NCBI GenBank assembly: GCA_964057225.1
Contig: OZ059896.1
Location: forward strand, 19,592,001 to 19,656,000
Reading direction: 5' to 3'
Length of the DNA: 64,000 nucleotides
Source: Auanema rhodensis
Taxonomy: Eukaryota; Animalia; Nematoda
The notes under the pieces are model-generated. The model worked only from the letters and a program-made list of their open reading frames with translations, did not search any database and had not been told where the DNA came from. This document shows, in pieces, positions 15,301 to 29,500 of this stretch. Position 1 is the first letter of the stretch; every line of letters starts with the position of its first letter. A program made the translations under genes and the position numbers.

Positions 15301-18300
15301 TAGTGTATGTTGAGTTTCCATGTACACTCAACATTGCTTCCAAAAACATTTTGACAAAAATTTTTTCGAAAAATTTCAAAATAATTTAGCAAAAAGTAGA
15401 TGTTTTTAGATTCCTTTTTTCAAGGCAAAGACGATGGACAATGTTATTCAACGAAAAAATTAATTCTTCAGGGTGAAAATCGAGGATATAAGTGTGAACT
15501 TATATCAGTTGATATCTCGGTGCATTTTTAAGTTAGCGCAAATCTGATAACACAGAACGACGCATCTTAAAAATCCGCATCGAATGCACTATACTACATT
15601 GAGTAACGCTTAATACAAAAATTAGTTATGATCGTTTGAAAAATGATGCATTAGTGTATGTTGAGTTTCCATGTACACTCAACATTGCTTCCAAAAACAT
15701 TTTGACAAAAATTTTTTCGAAAAATTTCAAAATAATTTAGCAAAAAGTAGATGTTTTTAGATTCCTTTTTTCAAGGCAAAGACGATGGACAATGTTATTC
15801 AACGAAAAATTTAATTCTTCAGGGTGAAAATCGAGGATATAAGTGTAAACTTATATCAGTTGATATCTCGGTGCACTTTTAAGCTAGCGCAAATCTGATA
15901 ACACAGATCGACGCAGCTTAAAAATCCGCATCGAATGCACTATACTACATTGAGAAACGCTTAATACAAAAATTAGTTATGATCGTTTGAAAAATGATGC
16001 ATTAGTGTATGTTGAGTTTCCAGGTACACTCAACATTGCTTCCAAAAACATTTTGACAAAAATTTTTTCGAAAAATTTCAAAATAATTTAGCAAAAAGTA
16101 GATGTTTTTAGATTCCTTTTTTCAAGGCAAAGACGATGGACAATGTTATTCAACGAAAAAATTAATTCTTCAGGGTGAAAATCGAGGATATAAGTGTGAA
16201 CTTATATCAGTTGATATCTCGGTGCATTTTTAAGCTAGCGCAAATCTGATAACACAGATCGACGCAGCTTAAAAATCCGCATCGAATGCACTATACTACA
16301 TTGAGTAACGCTTAATACAAAAATTAGTTATTATCGTTTGAAAAATGATGCATTAGTGTATGTTGAGTTTCCATGTACACTCAACATTGCTTCCAAAAAC
16401 ATTTTGACAAAAATTTTTTCGAAAAATTTCAAAATAATTTAGCAAAAAGTAGATGTTTTTAGATTCCTTTTTTCAAGGCAAAGACGATGGACAATGTTAT
16501 TCAACGAAAAAATTAATTCTTCAGGGTGAAAATCGAGGATATAAGTGTGAACTTATATCAGTTGATATATCGGTGCATTTTTAAGCTAGCGCAAATCTGA
16601 TAACACAGATCGACGCAGCTTAAAAATCCGCATCGAATGCACTATACTACATTGAGAAACGCTTAATACAAAAATTAGTTATGATCGTTTGAAAAATGAT
16701 GCATTAGTGTATGTTGAGTTTCCATGTACACTCAACATTGCTTCCAAAAACATTTTGACAAAAATTTTTTCGAAAAATTTCAAAATAATTTAGCAAAAAG
16801 TAGATGTTTTTGGATTCCTTTTTTCAAGGCAAAGACGATGGACAATGTTATTCAACGAAAAAATTAATTCTTCAGGGTGAAAATCGAGGATATAAGTGTG
16901 AACTTATATCAGTTGATATCTCGGTGCATTTTTAAGCTAGCGCAAATCTGATAACACAGATCGAGGCAGCTTAAAAATCCGCATCGAATGCACTATACTA
17001 CATTGAGAAACGCTTAATACAAGAATTAGTTATGATCGTTTGAAAAATGATGCATTAGTGTATGTTGAGTTTCCATGTACACTCAACATTGCTTCCAAAA
17101 ACATTTTGACAAAAATTTTTTCGAAAAATTTCAAGATAATTTAGCAAAAAGTAGATGTTTTTAGATTCCTTTTTTCAAGGCAAAGACGATGGACAATGTT
17201 ATTCAACGAAAAAATTAATTCTTCAGGGTGAAAATCGAGGATATAAGTGTGAACTTATATCAGTTGATATCTCGGTGCATTTTTAAGTTAGCGCAAATCT
17301 GATAACACAGAACGACGCATCTTAAAAATCCGCATCGAATGCACTATACTACATTGAGTAACGCTTAATACAAAAATTAGTTATGATCGTTTGAAAAATG
17401 ATGCATTAGTGTATGTTGAGTTTCCATGTACACTCAACATTGCTTCCAAAAACATTTTGACAAAAATTTTTTCGAAAAATTTCAAAATAATTCAGCGAAA
17501 AGTAGATGTTTTTAGATTCCTTTTTTCAAGGCAAAGACGATGGACAATGTTATTCAACGAAAAATTTAATTCTTCAGGGTGAAAATCGAGGATATAAGTG
17601 TAAACTTATATCAGTTGATATCTCGGTGCACTTTTAAGCTAGCGCAAATCTGATAACACAGATCGACGCAGCTTAAACATCCGCATCGAATGCACTATAC
17701 TACATTGAGAAACGCTTAATACAAGAATTAGTTATGATCGTTTGAAAAATGATGCATTAGTGTATGTTGAGTTTCCATGTACACTCAACATTGCTTCCAA
17801 AAACATTTTGACAAAAATTTTTTCGAAAAATTTCAAGATAATTTAGCAAAAAGTAGATGTTTTTAGATTCCTTTTTTCAAGGCAAAGACGATGGACAATG
17901 TTATTCAACGAAAAAATTAATTCTTCAGGGTGAAAATCGAGGATATAAGTGTGAACTTATATCAGTTGATATCTCGGTGCATTTTTAAGTTAGCGCAAAT
18001 CTGATAACACAGAACGACGCATCTTAAAAATCCGCATCGAATGCACTATACTACATTGAGTAACGCTTAATACAAAAATTAGTTATGATCGTTTGAAAAA
18101 TGATGCATTAGTGTATGTTGAGTTTCCATGTACACTCAACATTGCTTCCAAAAACATTTTGACAAAAATTTTTTCGAAAAATTTCAAAATAATTCAGCGA
18201 AAAGTAGATGTTTTTAGATTCCTTTTTTCAAGGCAAAGACGATGGACAATGTTATTCAACGAAAAATTTAATTCTTCAGGGTGAAAATCGAGGATATAAG

Positions 18301-21300
18301 TGTAAACTTATATCAGTTGATATCTCGGTGCACTTTTAAGCTAGCGCAAATCTGATAACACAGATCGACGCAGCTTAAACATCCGCATCGAATGCACTAT
18401 ACTACATTGAGAAACGCTTAATACAAAAATTAGTTATGATCGTTTGAAAAATGATGCATTAGTGTATGTTGAGTTTCCAGGTACACTCAACATTGCTTCC
18501 AAAAACATTTTGACAAAAATTTTTTCGAAAAATTTCAAAATAATTTAGCAAAAAGTAGATGTTTTTAGATTCCTTTTTTCAAGGCAAAGACGATGGACAA
18601 TGTTATTCAACGAAAAAATTAATTCTTCAGGGTGAAAATCGAGGATATAAGTGTGAACTTATATCAGTTGATATCTCGGTGCATTTTTAAGCTAGCGCAA
18701 ATCTGATAACACAGATCGACGCAGCTTAAAAATCCGCATCGAATGCACTATACTACATTGAGTAACGCTTAATACAAAAATTAGTTATTATCGTTTGAAA
18801 AATGATGCATTAGTGTATGTTGAGTTTCCATGTACACTCAACATTGCTTCCAAAAACATTTTGACAAAAATTTTTTCGAAAAATTTCAAAATAATTTAGC
18901 AAAAAGTAGATGTTTTTAGATTCCTTTTTTCAAGGCAAAGACGATGGACAATGTTATTCAACGAAAAAATTAATTCTTCAGGGTGAAAATCGAGGATATA
19001 AGTGTAAACTTATATCAGTTGATATCTCGGTGCACTTTTAAGCTAGCGCAAATCTGATAACACAGATCGACGCAGCTAAAAAATCCGCATCGAATGCACT
19101 ACACTACATTGAGAAACGCTTAATACAAAAATTAGTTATGATTGTTTGAAAAATGATGCATTAGTGTATGTTGAGTTTCCATGTACACTCAACATTGCTT
19201 CCAAAAACATTTTGACAAAAATTTTTTCGAAAAATTTCAAAATAATTTAGCAAAAAGTAGATGTTTTTAGATTCCTTTTTTCAAGGCAAAGACGATGGAC
19301 AATGTTATTCAACGAAAAAATTAATTCTTCAGGGTGAAAATCGAGGATATAAGTGTGAACTTATATCAGTTGATATCTCGGTGCATTTTTAAGCTAGCGC
19401 AAATCTGATAACACAGATCGACGCAGCTTAAAAATCCGCATCGAATGCACTATACTACATTGAGTAACGCTTAATACAAAAATTAGTTATGATTGTTTGA
19501 AAAATGATGCATTAGTGTATGTTGAGTTTCCATGTACACTCAACATTGCTTCCAAAAACATTTTGACAAAAATTTTTTCGAAAAATTTCAAAATAATTTA
19601 GCAAAAAGTAGATGTTTTTAGATTCCTTTTTTCAAGGCAAAGACGATGGACAATGTTATTCAACGAAAAAATTAATTCTTCAGGGTGAAAATCGAGGATA
19701 TAAGTGTAAACTTATATCAGTTGATATCTCGGTGCACTTTTAAGCTAGCGCAAATCTGATAACACAGATCGACGCAGCTTAAAAATCCGCATCGAATGCA
19801 CTATACTACATTGAGTAACGCTTAATACAAAAATTAGTTATGATTGTTTGAAAAATGATGCATTAGTGTATGTTGAGTTTCCATGTACACTCAACATTGC
19901 TTCCAAAAACATTTTGACAAAAATTTTTTCGAAAAATTTCAAAATAATTTAGCAAAAAGTAGATGTTTTTAGATTCCTTTTTTCAAGGCAAAGACGATGG
20001 ACAATGTTATTCAACGAAAAAATTAATTCTTCAGGGTGAAAATCGAGGATATAAGTGTAAACTTATATCAGTTGATATCTCGGTGCACTTTTAAGCTAGC
20101 GCAAATCTGATAACACAGATCGACGCAGCTTAAAAATCCGCATCGAATGCACTATACTACATTGAGTAACGCTTAATACAAAAATTAGTTATTATCGTTT
20201 GAAAAATGATGCATTAGTGTATGTTGAGTTTCCATGTACACTCAACATTGCTTCCAAAAACATTTTGACAAAAATTTTTTCGAAAAATTTCAAAATAATT
20301 CAGCGAAAAGTAGATGTTTTTAGATTCCTTTTTTCAAGGCAAAGACGATGGACAATGTTATTCAACGAAAAATTTAATTCTTCAGGGTGAAAATCGAGGA
20401 TATAAGTGTAAACTTATATCAGTTGATATCTCGGTGCACTTTTAAGCTAGCGCAAATCTGATAACACAGATCGACGCAGCTTAAACATCCGCATCGAATG
20501 CACTATACTACATTGAGAAACGCTTAATACAAAAATTAGTTATGATCGTTTGAAAAATGATGCATTAGTGTATGTTGAGTTTCCAGGTACACTCAACATT
20601 GCTTCCAAAAACATTTTGACAAAAATTTTTTCGAAAAATTTCAAAATAATTTAGCAAAAAGTAGATGTTTTTAGATTCCTTTTTTCAAGGCAAAGACGAT
20701 GGACAATGTTATTCAACGAAAAAATTAATTCTTCAGGGTGAAAATCGAGGATATAAGTGTGAACTTATATCAGTTGATATCTCGGTGCATTTTTAAGCTA
20801 GCGCAAATCTGATAACACAGATCGACGCAGCTTAAAAATCCGCATCGAATGCACTATACTACATTGAGTAACGCTTAATACAAAAATTAGTTATTATCGT
20901 TTGAAAAATGATGCATTAGTGTATGTTGAGTTTCCATGTACACTCAACATTGCTTCCAAAAACATTTTGACAAAAATTTTTTCGAAAAATTTCAAAATAA
21001 TTTAGCAAAAAGTAGATGTTTTTAGATTCCTTTTTTCAAGGCAAAGACGATGGACAATGTTATTCAACGAAAAAATTAATTCTTCAGGGTGAAAATCGAG
21101 GATATAAGTGTAAACTTATATCAGTTGATATCTCGGTGCACTTTTAAGCTAGCGCAAATCTGATAACACAGATCGACGCAGCTAAAAAATCCGCATCGAA
21201 TGCACTACACTACATTGAGAAACGCTTAATACAAAAATTAGTTATGATTGTTTGAAAAATGATGCATTAGTGTATGTTGAGTTTCCATGTACACTCAACA

Positions 21301-23517
21301 TTGCTTCCAAAAACATTTTGACAAAAATTTTTTCGAAAAATTTCAAAATAATTTAGCAAAAAGTAGATGTTTTTAGATTCCTTTTTTCAAGGCAAAGACG
21401 ATGGACAATGTTATTCAACGAAAAAATTAATTCTTCAGGGTGAAAATCGAGGATATAAGTGTGAACTTATATCAGTTGATATCTCGGTGCATTTTTAAGC
21501 TAGCGCAAATCTGATAACACAGATCGACGCAGCTTAAAAATCCGCATCGAATGCACTATACTACATTGAGTAACGCTTAATACAAAAATTAGTTATGATT
21601 GTTTGAAAAATGATGCATTAGTGTATGTTGAGTTTCCATGTACACTCAACATTGCTTCCAAAAACATTTTGACAAAAATTTTTTCGAAAAATTTCAAAAT
21701 AATTTAGCAAAAAGTAGATGTTTTTAGATTCCTTTTTTCAAGGCAAAGACGATGGACAATGTTATTCAACGAAAAAATTAATTCTTCAGGGTGAAAATCG
21801 AGGATATAAGTGTGAACTTATATCAGTTGATATCTCGGTGCATTTTTAAGCTAGCGCAAATCTGATAACACAGATCGACGCAGCTTAAAAATCCGCATCG
21901 AATGCACTATACTACATTGAGTAACGCTTAATACAAAAATTAGTTATTATCGTTTGAAAAATGATGCATTAGTGTATGTTGAGTTTCCATGTACACTCAA
22001 CATTGCTTCCAAAAACATTTTGACAAAAATTTTTTCGAAAAATTTCAAAATAATTTAGCAAAAAGTAGATGTTTTTAGATTCCTTTTTTCAAGGCAAAGA
22101 CGATGGACAATGTTATTCAACGAAAAAATTAATTCTTCAGGGTGAAAATCGAGGATATAAGTGTAAACTTATATCAGTTGATATCTCGGTGCACTTTTAA
22201 GCTAGCGCAAATCTGATAACACAGATCGACGCAGCTAAAAAATCCGCATCGAATGCACTACACTACATTGAGAAACGCTTAATACAAAAATTAGTTATGA
22301 TTGTTTGAAAAATGATGCATTAGTGTATGTTGAGTTTCCATGTACACTCAACATTGCTTCCAAAAACATTTTGACAAAAATTTTTTCGAAAAATTTCAAA
22401 ATAATTTAGCAAAAAGTAGATGTTTTTAGATTCCTTTTTTCAAGGCAAAGACGATGGACAATGTTATTCAACGAAAAAATTAATTCTTCAGGGTGAAAAT
22501 CGAGGATATAAGTGTGAACTTATATCAGTTGATATCTCGGTGCATTTTTAAGCTAGCGCAAATCTGATAACACAGATCGACGCAGCTTGAAAATCCGCAT
22601 CGAATGCACTATACTACATTGAGAAACGCTTAATACAAAAATTAGTTATGATCGTTTGAAAAATGATGCATTAGTGTATGTTGAGTTTCCATGTACACTC
22701 AACATTGCTTCCAAAAACATTTTGACAAAACTTTTTTCGAAAATTTTCAGAATAATTTAGCAAAAAGTAGATGTTTTTAGATTTCTTTTTTCAAGGCAAA
22801 GACGATGGACAATGTTATTCAACGAAAAAATTAATTCTTCAGGGTGAAAATCGAGGATATAAGTGTAAACTTATATCAGTTGATATCTCGGTGCACTTTT
22901 AAGCTAGCGCAAATCTGATAACACAGATCGACGCAGCTTAAAAATCCGCATCGACTGCACTATACTTCATTGAGAAACGCTTAATACAAAAATTAGTTAT
23001 GATTGTTTGAAAAATGATGCATTAGTGTATGTTGAGTTTCCATGTACACTCAACATTGCTTCCAAAAACATTTTGACAAAAATTTTTTCGAAAAATTTCA
23101 AAATAATTTAGCAAAAAGTAGATGTTTTTAGATTCCTTTTTTCAAGGCAAAGACGATGGACAATGTTATTCAACGAAAAAATTAATTCTTCAGGGTGAAA
23201 ATCGAGGATATAAGTGTGAACTTATATCAGTTGATATCTCGGTGCATTTTTAAGCTAGCGCAAATCTGATAACACAGATCGACGCAGCTTAAAAATCCGC
23301 ATCGAATGCACTATACTACATTGAGTAACGCTTAATACAAAAATTAGTTATTATCGTTTGAAAAATGATGCATTAGTGTATGTTGAGTTTCCATGTACAC
23401 TCAACATTGCTTCCAAAAACATTTTGACAAAAATTTTTTCGAAAAATTTCAAAATAATTTAGCAAAAAGTAGATGTTTTTAGATTCCTTTTTTCAAGGCA
23501 AAGACGATGGACAATGT

Positions 23518-26500
23518 TATTCAACGAAAAAATTAATTCTTCAGGGTGAAAATCGAGGATATAAGTGTAAACTTATATCAGTTGATATCTCGGTGCACTT
23601 TTAAGCTAGCGCAAATCTGATAACACAGATCGACGCAGCTAAAAAATCCGCATCGAATGCACTACACTACATTGAGAAACGCTTAATACAAAAATTAGTT
23701 ATGATTGTTTGAAAAATGATGCATTAGTGTATGTTGAGTTTCCATGTACACTCAACATTGCTTCCAAAAACATTTTGACAAAAATTTTTTCGAAAAATTT
23801 CAAAATAATTTAGCAAAAAGTAGATGTTTTTAGATTCCTTTTTTCAAGGCAAAGACGATGGACAATGTTATTCAACGAAAAAATTAATTCTTCAGGGTGA
23901 AAATCGAGGATATAAGTGTGAACTTATATCAGTTGATATCTCGGTGCATTTTTAAGCTAGCGCAAATCTGATAACACAGATCGACGCAGCTTGAAAATCC
24001 GCATCGAATGCACTATACTACATTGAGAAACGCTTAATACAAAAATTAGTTATGATCGTTTGAAAAATGATGCATTAGTGTATGTTGAGTTTCCATGTAC
24101 ACTCAACATTGCTTCCAAAAACATTTTGACAAAACTTTTTTCGAAAATTTTCAGAATAATTTAGCAAAAAGTAGATGTTTTTAGATTTCTTTTTTCAAGG
24201 CAAAGACGATGGACAATGTTATTCAACGAAAAAATTAATTCTTCAGGGTGAAAATCGAGGATATAAGTGTAAACTTATATCAGTTGATATCTCGGTGCAC
24301 TTTTAAGCTAGCGCAAATCTGATAACACAGATCGACGCAGCTTAAAAATCCGCATCGAATGCACTATACTTCATTGAGAAACGCTTAATACAAAAATTAG
24401 TTATGATTGTTTGAAAAATGATGCATTAGTGTATGTTGAGTTTCCATGTACACTCAACATTGCTTCCAAAAACATTTTGACAAAAATTTTTTCGAAAAAC
24501 TTCAAAATAATTTAGCAAAAAGTAGATGTTTTTAGATTCCTTTTTTCAAGGCAAAGACGATGGACAATGTTATTCAACGAAAAAATTAATTCTTCAGGGT
24601 GAAAATCGAGGATATAAGTGTGAACATATATCAGTTGATATATCGGTGCATTTTTAAGCTAGCGCAAATCTGATAACACAGATCGACGCAGCTTAAAAAT
24701 CCGCATCGAATGCACTATACTACATTGAGAAACGCTTAATACAAAAATTAGTTATGATCGTTTGAAAAATGATGCATTAGTGTATGTTGAGTTTCCGTGT
24801 ACACTCAACATTGCTTCCAAAAACATTTTGACAAAAATTTTTTCGAAAAATTTCAAAATAATTTAGCAAAAAGTAGATGTTTTTAGATTCCTTTTTTCAA
24901 GGCAAAGACGATGGACAATGTTATTCAACGAAAAAATTAATTCTTCAGGGTGAAAATCGAGGATATAAGTGTGAACATATATCAGTTGATATCTCGGTGC
25001 ATTTTTAAGCTAGCGCAAATCTGATAACACAGATCGACGCAGCTTAAAAATCCGCATCGAATGCACTATACTACATTGAGAAACGCTTAATACAAAAATT
25101 AGTTATGATCGTTTGAAAAATGATGCATTAGTGTATGTTGAGTTTCCGTGTACACTCAACATTGCTTCCAAAAACATTTTGACAAAAATTTTTTCGAAAA
25201 ATTTCAAAATAATTTAGCAAAAAGTAGATGTTTTTAGATTCCTTTTTTCAAGGCAAAGACGATGGACAATGTTATTCAACGAAAAAATTAATTCTTCAGG
25301 GTGAAAATCGAGGATATAAGTGTGAACTTATATCAGTTGATATCTCGGTGCATTTTTAAGCTAGCGCAAATCTGATAACACAGATCGACGCAGCTTAAAA
25401 ATCCGCATCGAATGCACTATACTACATTGAGAAACGCTTAATACAAAAATTAGTTATGATCGTTTGAAAAATGATGCATTAGTGTATGTTGAGTTTCCGT
25501 GTACACTCAACATTGCTTCCAAAAACAATTTGACAAAAATTTTTTCGAAAAATTTCAAAATAATTTAGCAAAAAGTAGATGTTTTTAGATTCCTTTTTTC
25601 AAGGCAAAGACGATGGACAATGTTATTCAACGAAAAAATTAATTCTTCAGGGTGAAAATCGAGGATATAAGTGTAAACTTATATCAGTTGATATCTCGGT
25701 GCACTTTTAAGTTAGCGCAAATCTGATAACACAGATCGACGCAGCTTAAAAATCCGCATCGAATGCACTACACTACATTGAGAAACGCTTAATACAAAAA
25801 TTAGTTATGATCGTTTGAAAAATGATGCATTAGTGTATGTTGAGTTTCCATGTACACTCAACATTGCTTCCAAAAACATTTTGACAAAAATTTTTTCGAA
25901 AAATTTCAAAATAATTTAGCAAAAAGTAGATGTTTTTAGATTCCTTTTTTCAAGGCAAAGACGATGGACAATGTTATTCAACGAAAAAATTAATTCTTCA
26001 GGGTGAAAATCGAGGATATAAGTGTGAACTTATATCAGTTGATATCTCGGTGCATTTTTAAGCTAGCGCAAATCTGATAACACAGATCGACGCAGCTTGA
26101 AAATCCGCATCGAATGCACTATACTACATTGAGAAACGCTTAATACAAAAATTAGTTATGATCGTTTGAAAAATGATGCATTAGTGTATGTTGAGTTTCC
26201 ATGTACACTCAACATTGCTTCCAAAAACATTTTGACAAAAATTTTTTCGAAAAATTTCAAAATAATTTAGCAAAAAGTAGATGTTTTTAGATTCCTTTTT
26301 TCAAGGCAAAGACGATGGACAATGTTATTCAACGAAAAAATTAATTCTTCAGGGTGAAAATCGAGGATATAAGTGTGAACTTATATCAGTTGATATCTCG
26401 GTGCATTTTTAAGCTAGCGCAAATCTGATAACACAGATCGACGCAGCTTAAAAATCCGCATCGAATGCACAATACTACATTGAGAAACGCTTAATACAAA

Positions 26501-29500
26501 AATTAGTTATGATCGTTTGAAAAATGATGCATTAGTGTATGTTGAGTTTCCGTGTACACTCAACATTGCTTCCAAAAACAATTTGACAAAAATTTTTTCG
26601 AAAAATTTCAAAATAATTTAGCAAAAAGTAGATGTTTTTAGATTCCTTTTTTCAAGGCAAAGACGATGGACAATGTTATTCAACGAAAAAATTAATTCTT
26701 CAGGGTGAAAATCGAGGATATAAGTGTAAACTTATATCAGTTGATATCTCGGTGCACTTTTAAGTTAGCGCAAATCTGATAACACAGATCGACGCAGCTT
26801 AAAAATCCGCATCGAATGCACTACACTACATTGAGAAACGCTTAATACAAAAATTAGTTATGATCGTTTGAAAAATGATGCATTAGTGTATGTTGAGTTT
26901 CCATGTACACTCAACATTGCTTCCAAAAACATTTTGACAAAAATTTTTTCGAAAAATTTCAAAATAATTTAGCAAAAAGTAGATGTTTTTAGATTCCTTT
27001 TTTCAAGGCAAAGACGATGGACAATGTTATTCAACGAAAAAATTAATTCTTCAGGGTGAAAATCGAGGATATAAGTGTGAACTTATATCAGTTGATATCT
27101 CGGTGCATTTTTAAGCTAGCGCAAATCTGATAACACAGATCGACGCAGCTTGAAAATCCGCATCGAATGCACTATACTACATTGAGAAACGCTTAATACA
27201 AAAATTAGTTATGATCGTTTGAAAAATGATGCATTAGTGTATGTTGAGTTTCCATGTACACTCAACATTGCTTCCAAAAACATTTTGACAAAAATGTTTT
27301 CGAAAAATTTCAAAATAATTTAGCAAAAAGTAGATGTTTTTAGATTCCTTTTTTCAAGGCAAAGACGATGGACAATGTTATTCAACGAAAAAATTAATTC
27401 TTCAGGGTGAAAATCGAGGATATAAGTGTGAACTTATATCAGTTGATATATCGGTGCATTTTTAAGCTAGCGCAAATCTGATAACACAGATCGACGCAGC
27501 TTAAAAATCCGCATCGAATGCACTATACTACATTGAGAAACGCTTAATACAAAAATTAGTTATGATCGTTTGAAAAATGATGCATTAGTGTATGTTGAGT
27601 TTCCGTGTACACTCAACATTGCTTCCAAAAACATTTTGACAAAAATTTTTTCGAAAAATTTCAAAATAATTTAGCAAAAAGTAGATGTTTTTAGATTCCT
27701 TTTTCCAAGGCAAAGACGATGGACAATGTTATTCAACGAAAAAATTAATTCTTCAGGGTGAAAATCGAGGATATAAGTGTAAACTTATATCAGTTGATAT
27801 CTCGGTGCACTTTTAAGCTAGCGCAAATCTGATAACACAGATCGACGCAGCTTAAAAATCCGCATCGAATGCACTATACTACATTGAGAAACGCTTAATA
27901 CAAAAATTAGTTATGATCGTTTGAAAAATGTTGCATTAGTGTATGTTGAGTTTCCATGTACACTCAACATTGCTTCCAAAAACATTTTGACAAAAATTTT
28001 TTCGAAAAATTTCAAAATAATTTAGCAAAAAGTAGATGTTTTTAGATTCCTTTTTTCAAGGCAAAGACGATGGACAATGTTATTCAACGAAAAAATTAAT
28101 TCTTCAGGGTGAAAATCGAGGATATAAGTGTGAACTTATATCAGTTGATATCTCGGTGCATTTTTAAGCTAGCGCAAATCTGATAACACAGATCGACGCA
28201 GCTTGAAAATCCGCATCGAATGCACTATACTACATTGAGAAACGCTTAATACAAAAATTAGTTATGATCGTTTGAAAAATGATGCATTAGTGTATGTTGA
28301 GTTTCCATGTACACTCAACATTGCTTCCAAAAACATTTTGACAAAAATGTTTTCGAAAAATTTCAAAATAATTTAGCAAAAAGTAGATGTTTTTAGATTC
28401 CTTTTTTCAAGGCAAAGACGATGGACAATGTTATTCAACGAAAAAATTAATTCTTCAGGGTGAAAATCGAGGATATAAGTGTGAACTTATATCAGTTGAT
28501 ATATCGGTGCATTTTTAAGCTAGCGCAAATCTGATAACACAGATCGACGCAGCTTAAAAATCCGCATCGAATGCACTATACTACATTGAGAAACGCTTAA
28601 TACAAAAATTAGTTATGATCGTTTGAAAAATGATGCATTAGTGTATGTTGAGTTTCCGTGTACACTCAACATTGCTTCCAAAAACATTTTGACAAAAATT
28701 TTTTCGAAAAATTTCAAAATAATTTAGCAAAAAGTAGATGTTTTTAGATTCCTTTTTTCAAGGCAAAGACGATGGACAATGTTATTCAACGAAAAAATTA
28801 ATTCTTCAGGGTGAAAATCGAGGATATAAGTGTAAACTTATATCAGTTGATATCTCGGTGCACTTTTAAGCTAGCGCAAATCTGATAACACAGATCGACG
28901 CAGCTTAAAAATCCGCATCGAATGCACTATACTACATTGAGAAACGCTTAATACAAAAATTAGTTATGATCGTTTGAAAAATGTTGCATTAGTGTATGTT
29001 GAGTTTCCATGTACACTCAACATTGCTTCCAAAAACATTTTGACAAAAATTTTTTCGAAAAATTTCAAGATAATTTAGCAAAAAGTAGATGTTTTTAGAT
29101 TCCTTTTTTCAAGGCAAAGACGATGGACAATGTTATTCAACGAAAAAATTAATTCTTCAGGGTGAAAATCGAGGATATAAGTGTGAACTTATATCAGTTG
29201 ATATATCGGTGCATTTTTAAGCTAGCGCAAATCTGATAACACAGATCGACGCAGCTTAAAAATCCGCATCGAATGCACTATACTACATTGAGAAACGCTT
29301 AATACAAAAATTAGTTATGATCGTTTGAAAAATGATGCATTAGTGTATGTTGAGTTTCCGTGTACACTCAACATTGCTTCCAAAAACATTTTGACAAAAA
29401 TTTTTTCGAAAAATTTCAAAATAATTTAGCAAAAAGTAGATGTTTTTAGATTCCTTTTTTCAAGGCAAAGACGATGGACAATGTTATTCAACGAAAAAAT

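Noticed and set aside
15533-15565. Compensatory covariation in H2 (C89T co-occurring with G121T at paired positions)
   Set aside because: The result is a T-T mismatch, not a restored pair. T81C, T124A, A128C, G102C and T113A also break the stem, so there is no covariation support in this window.
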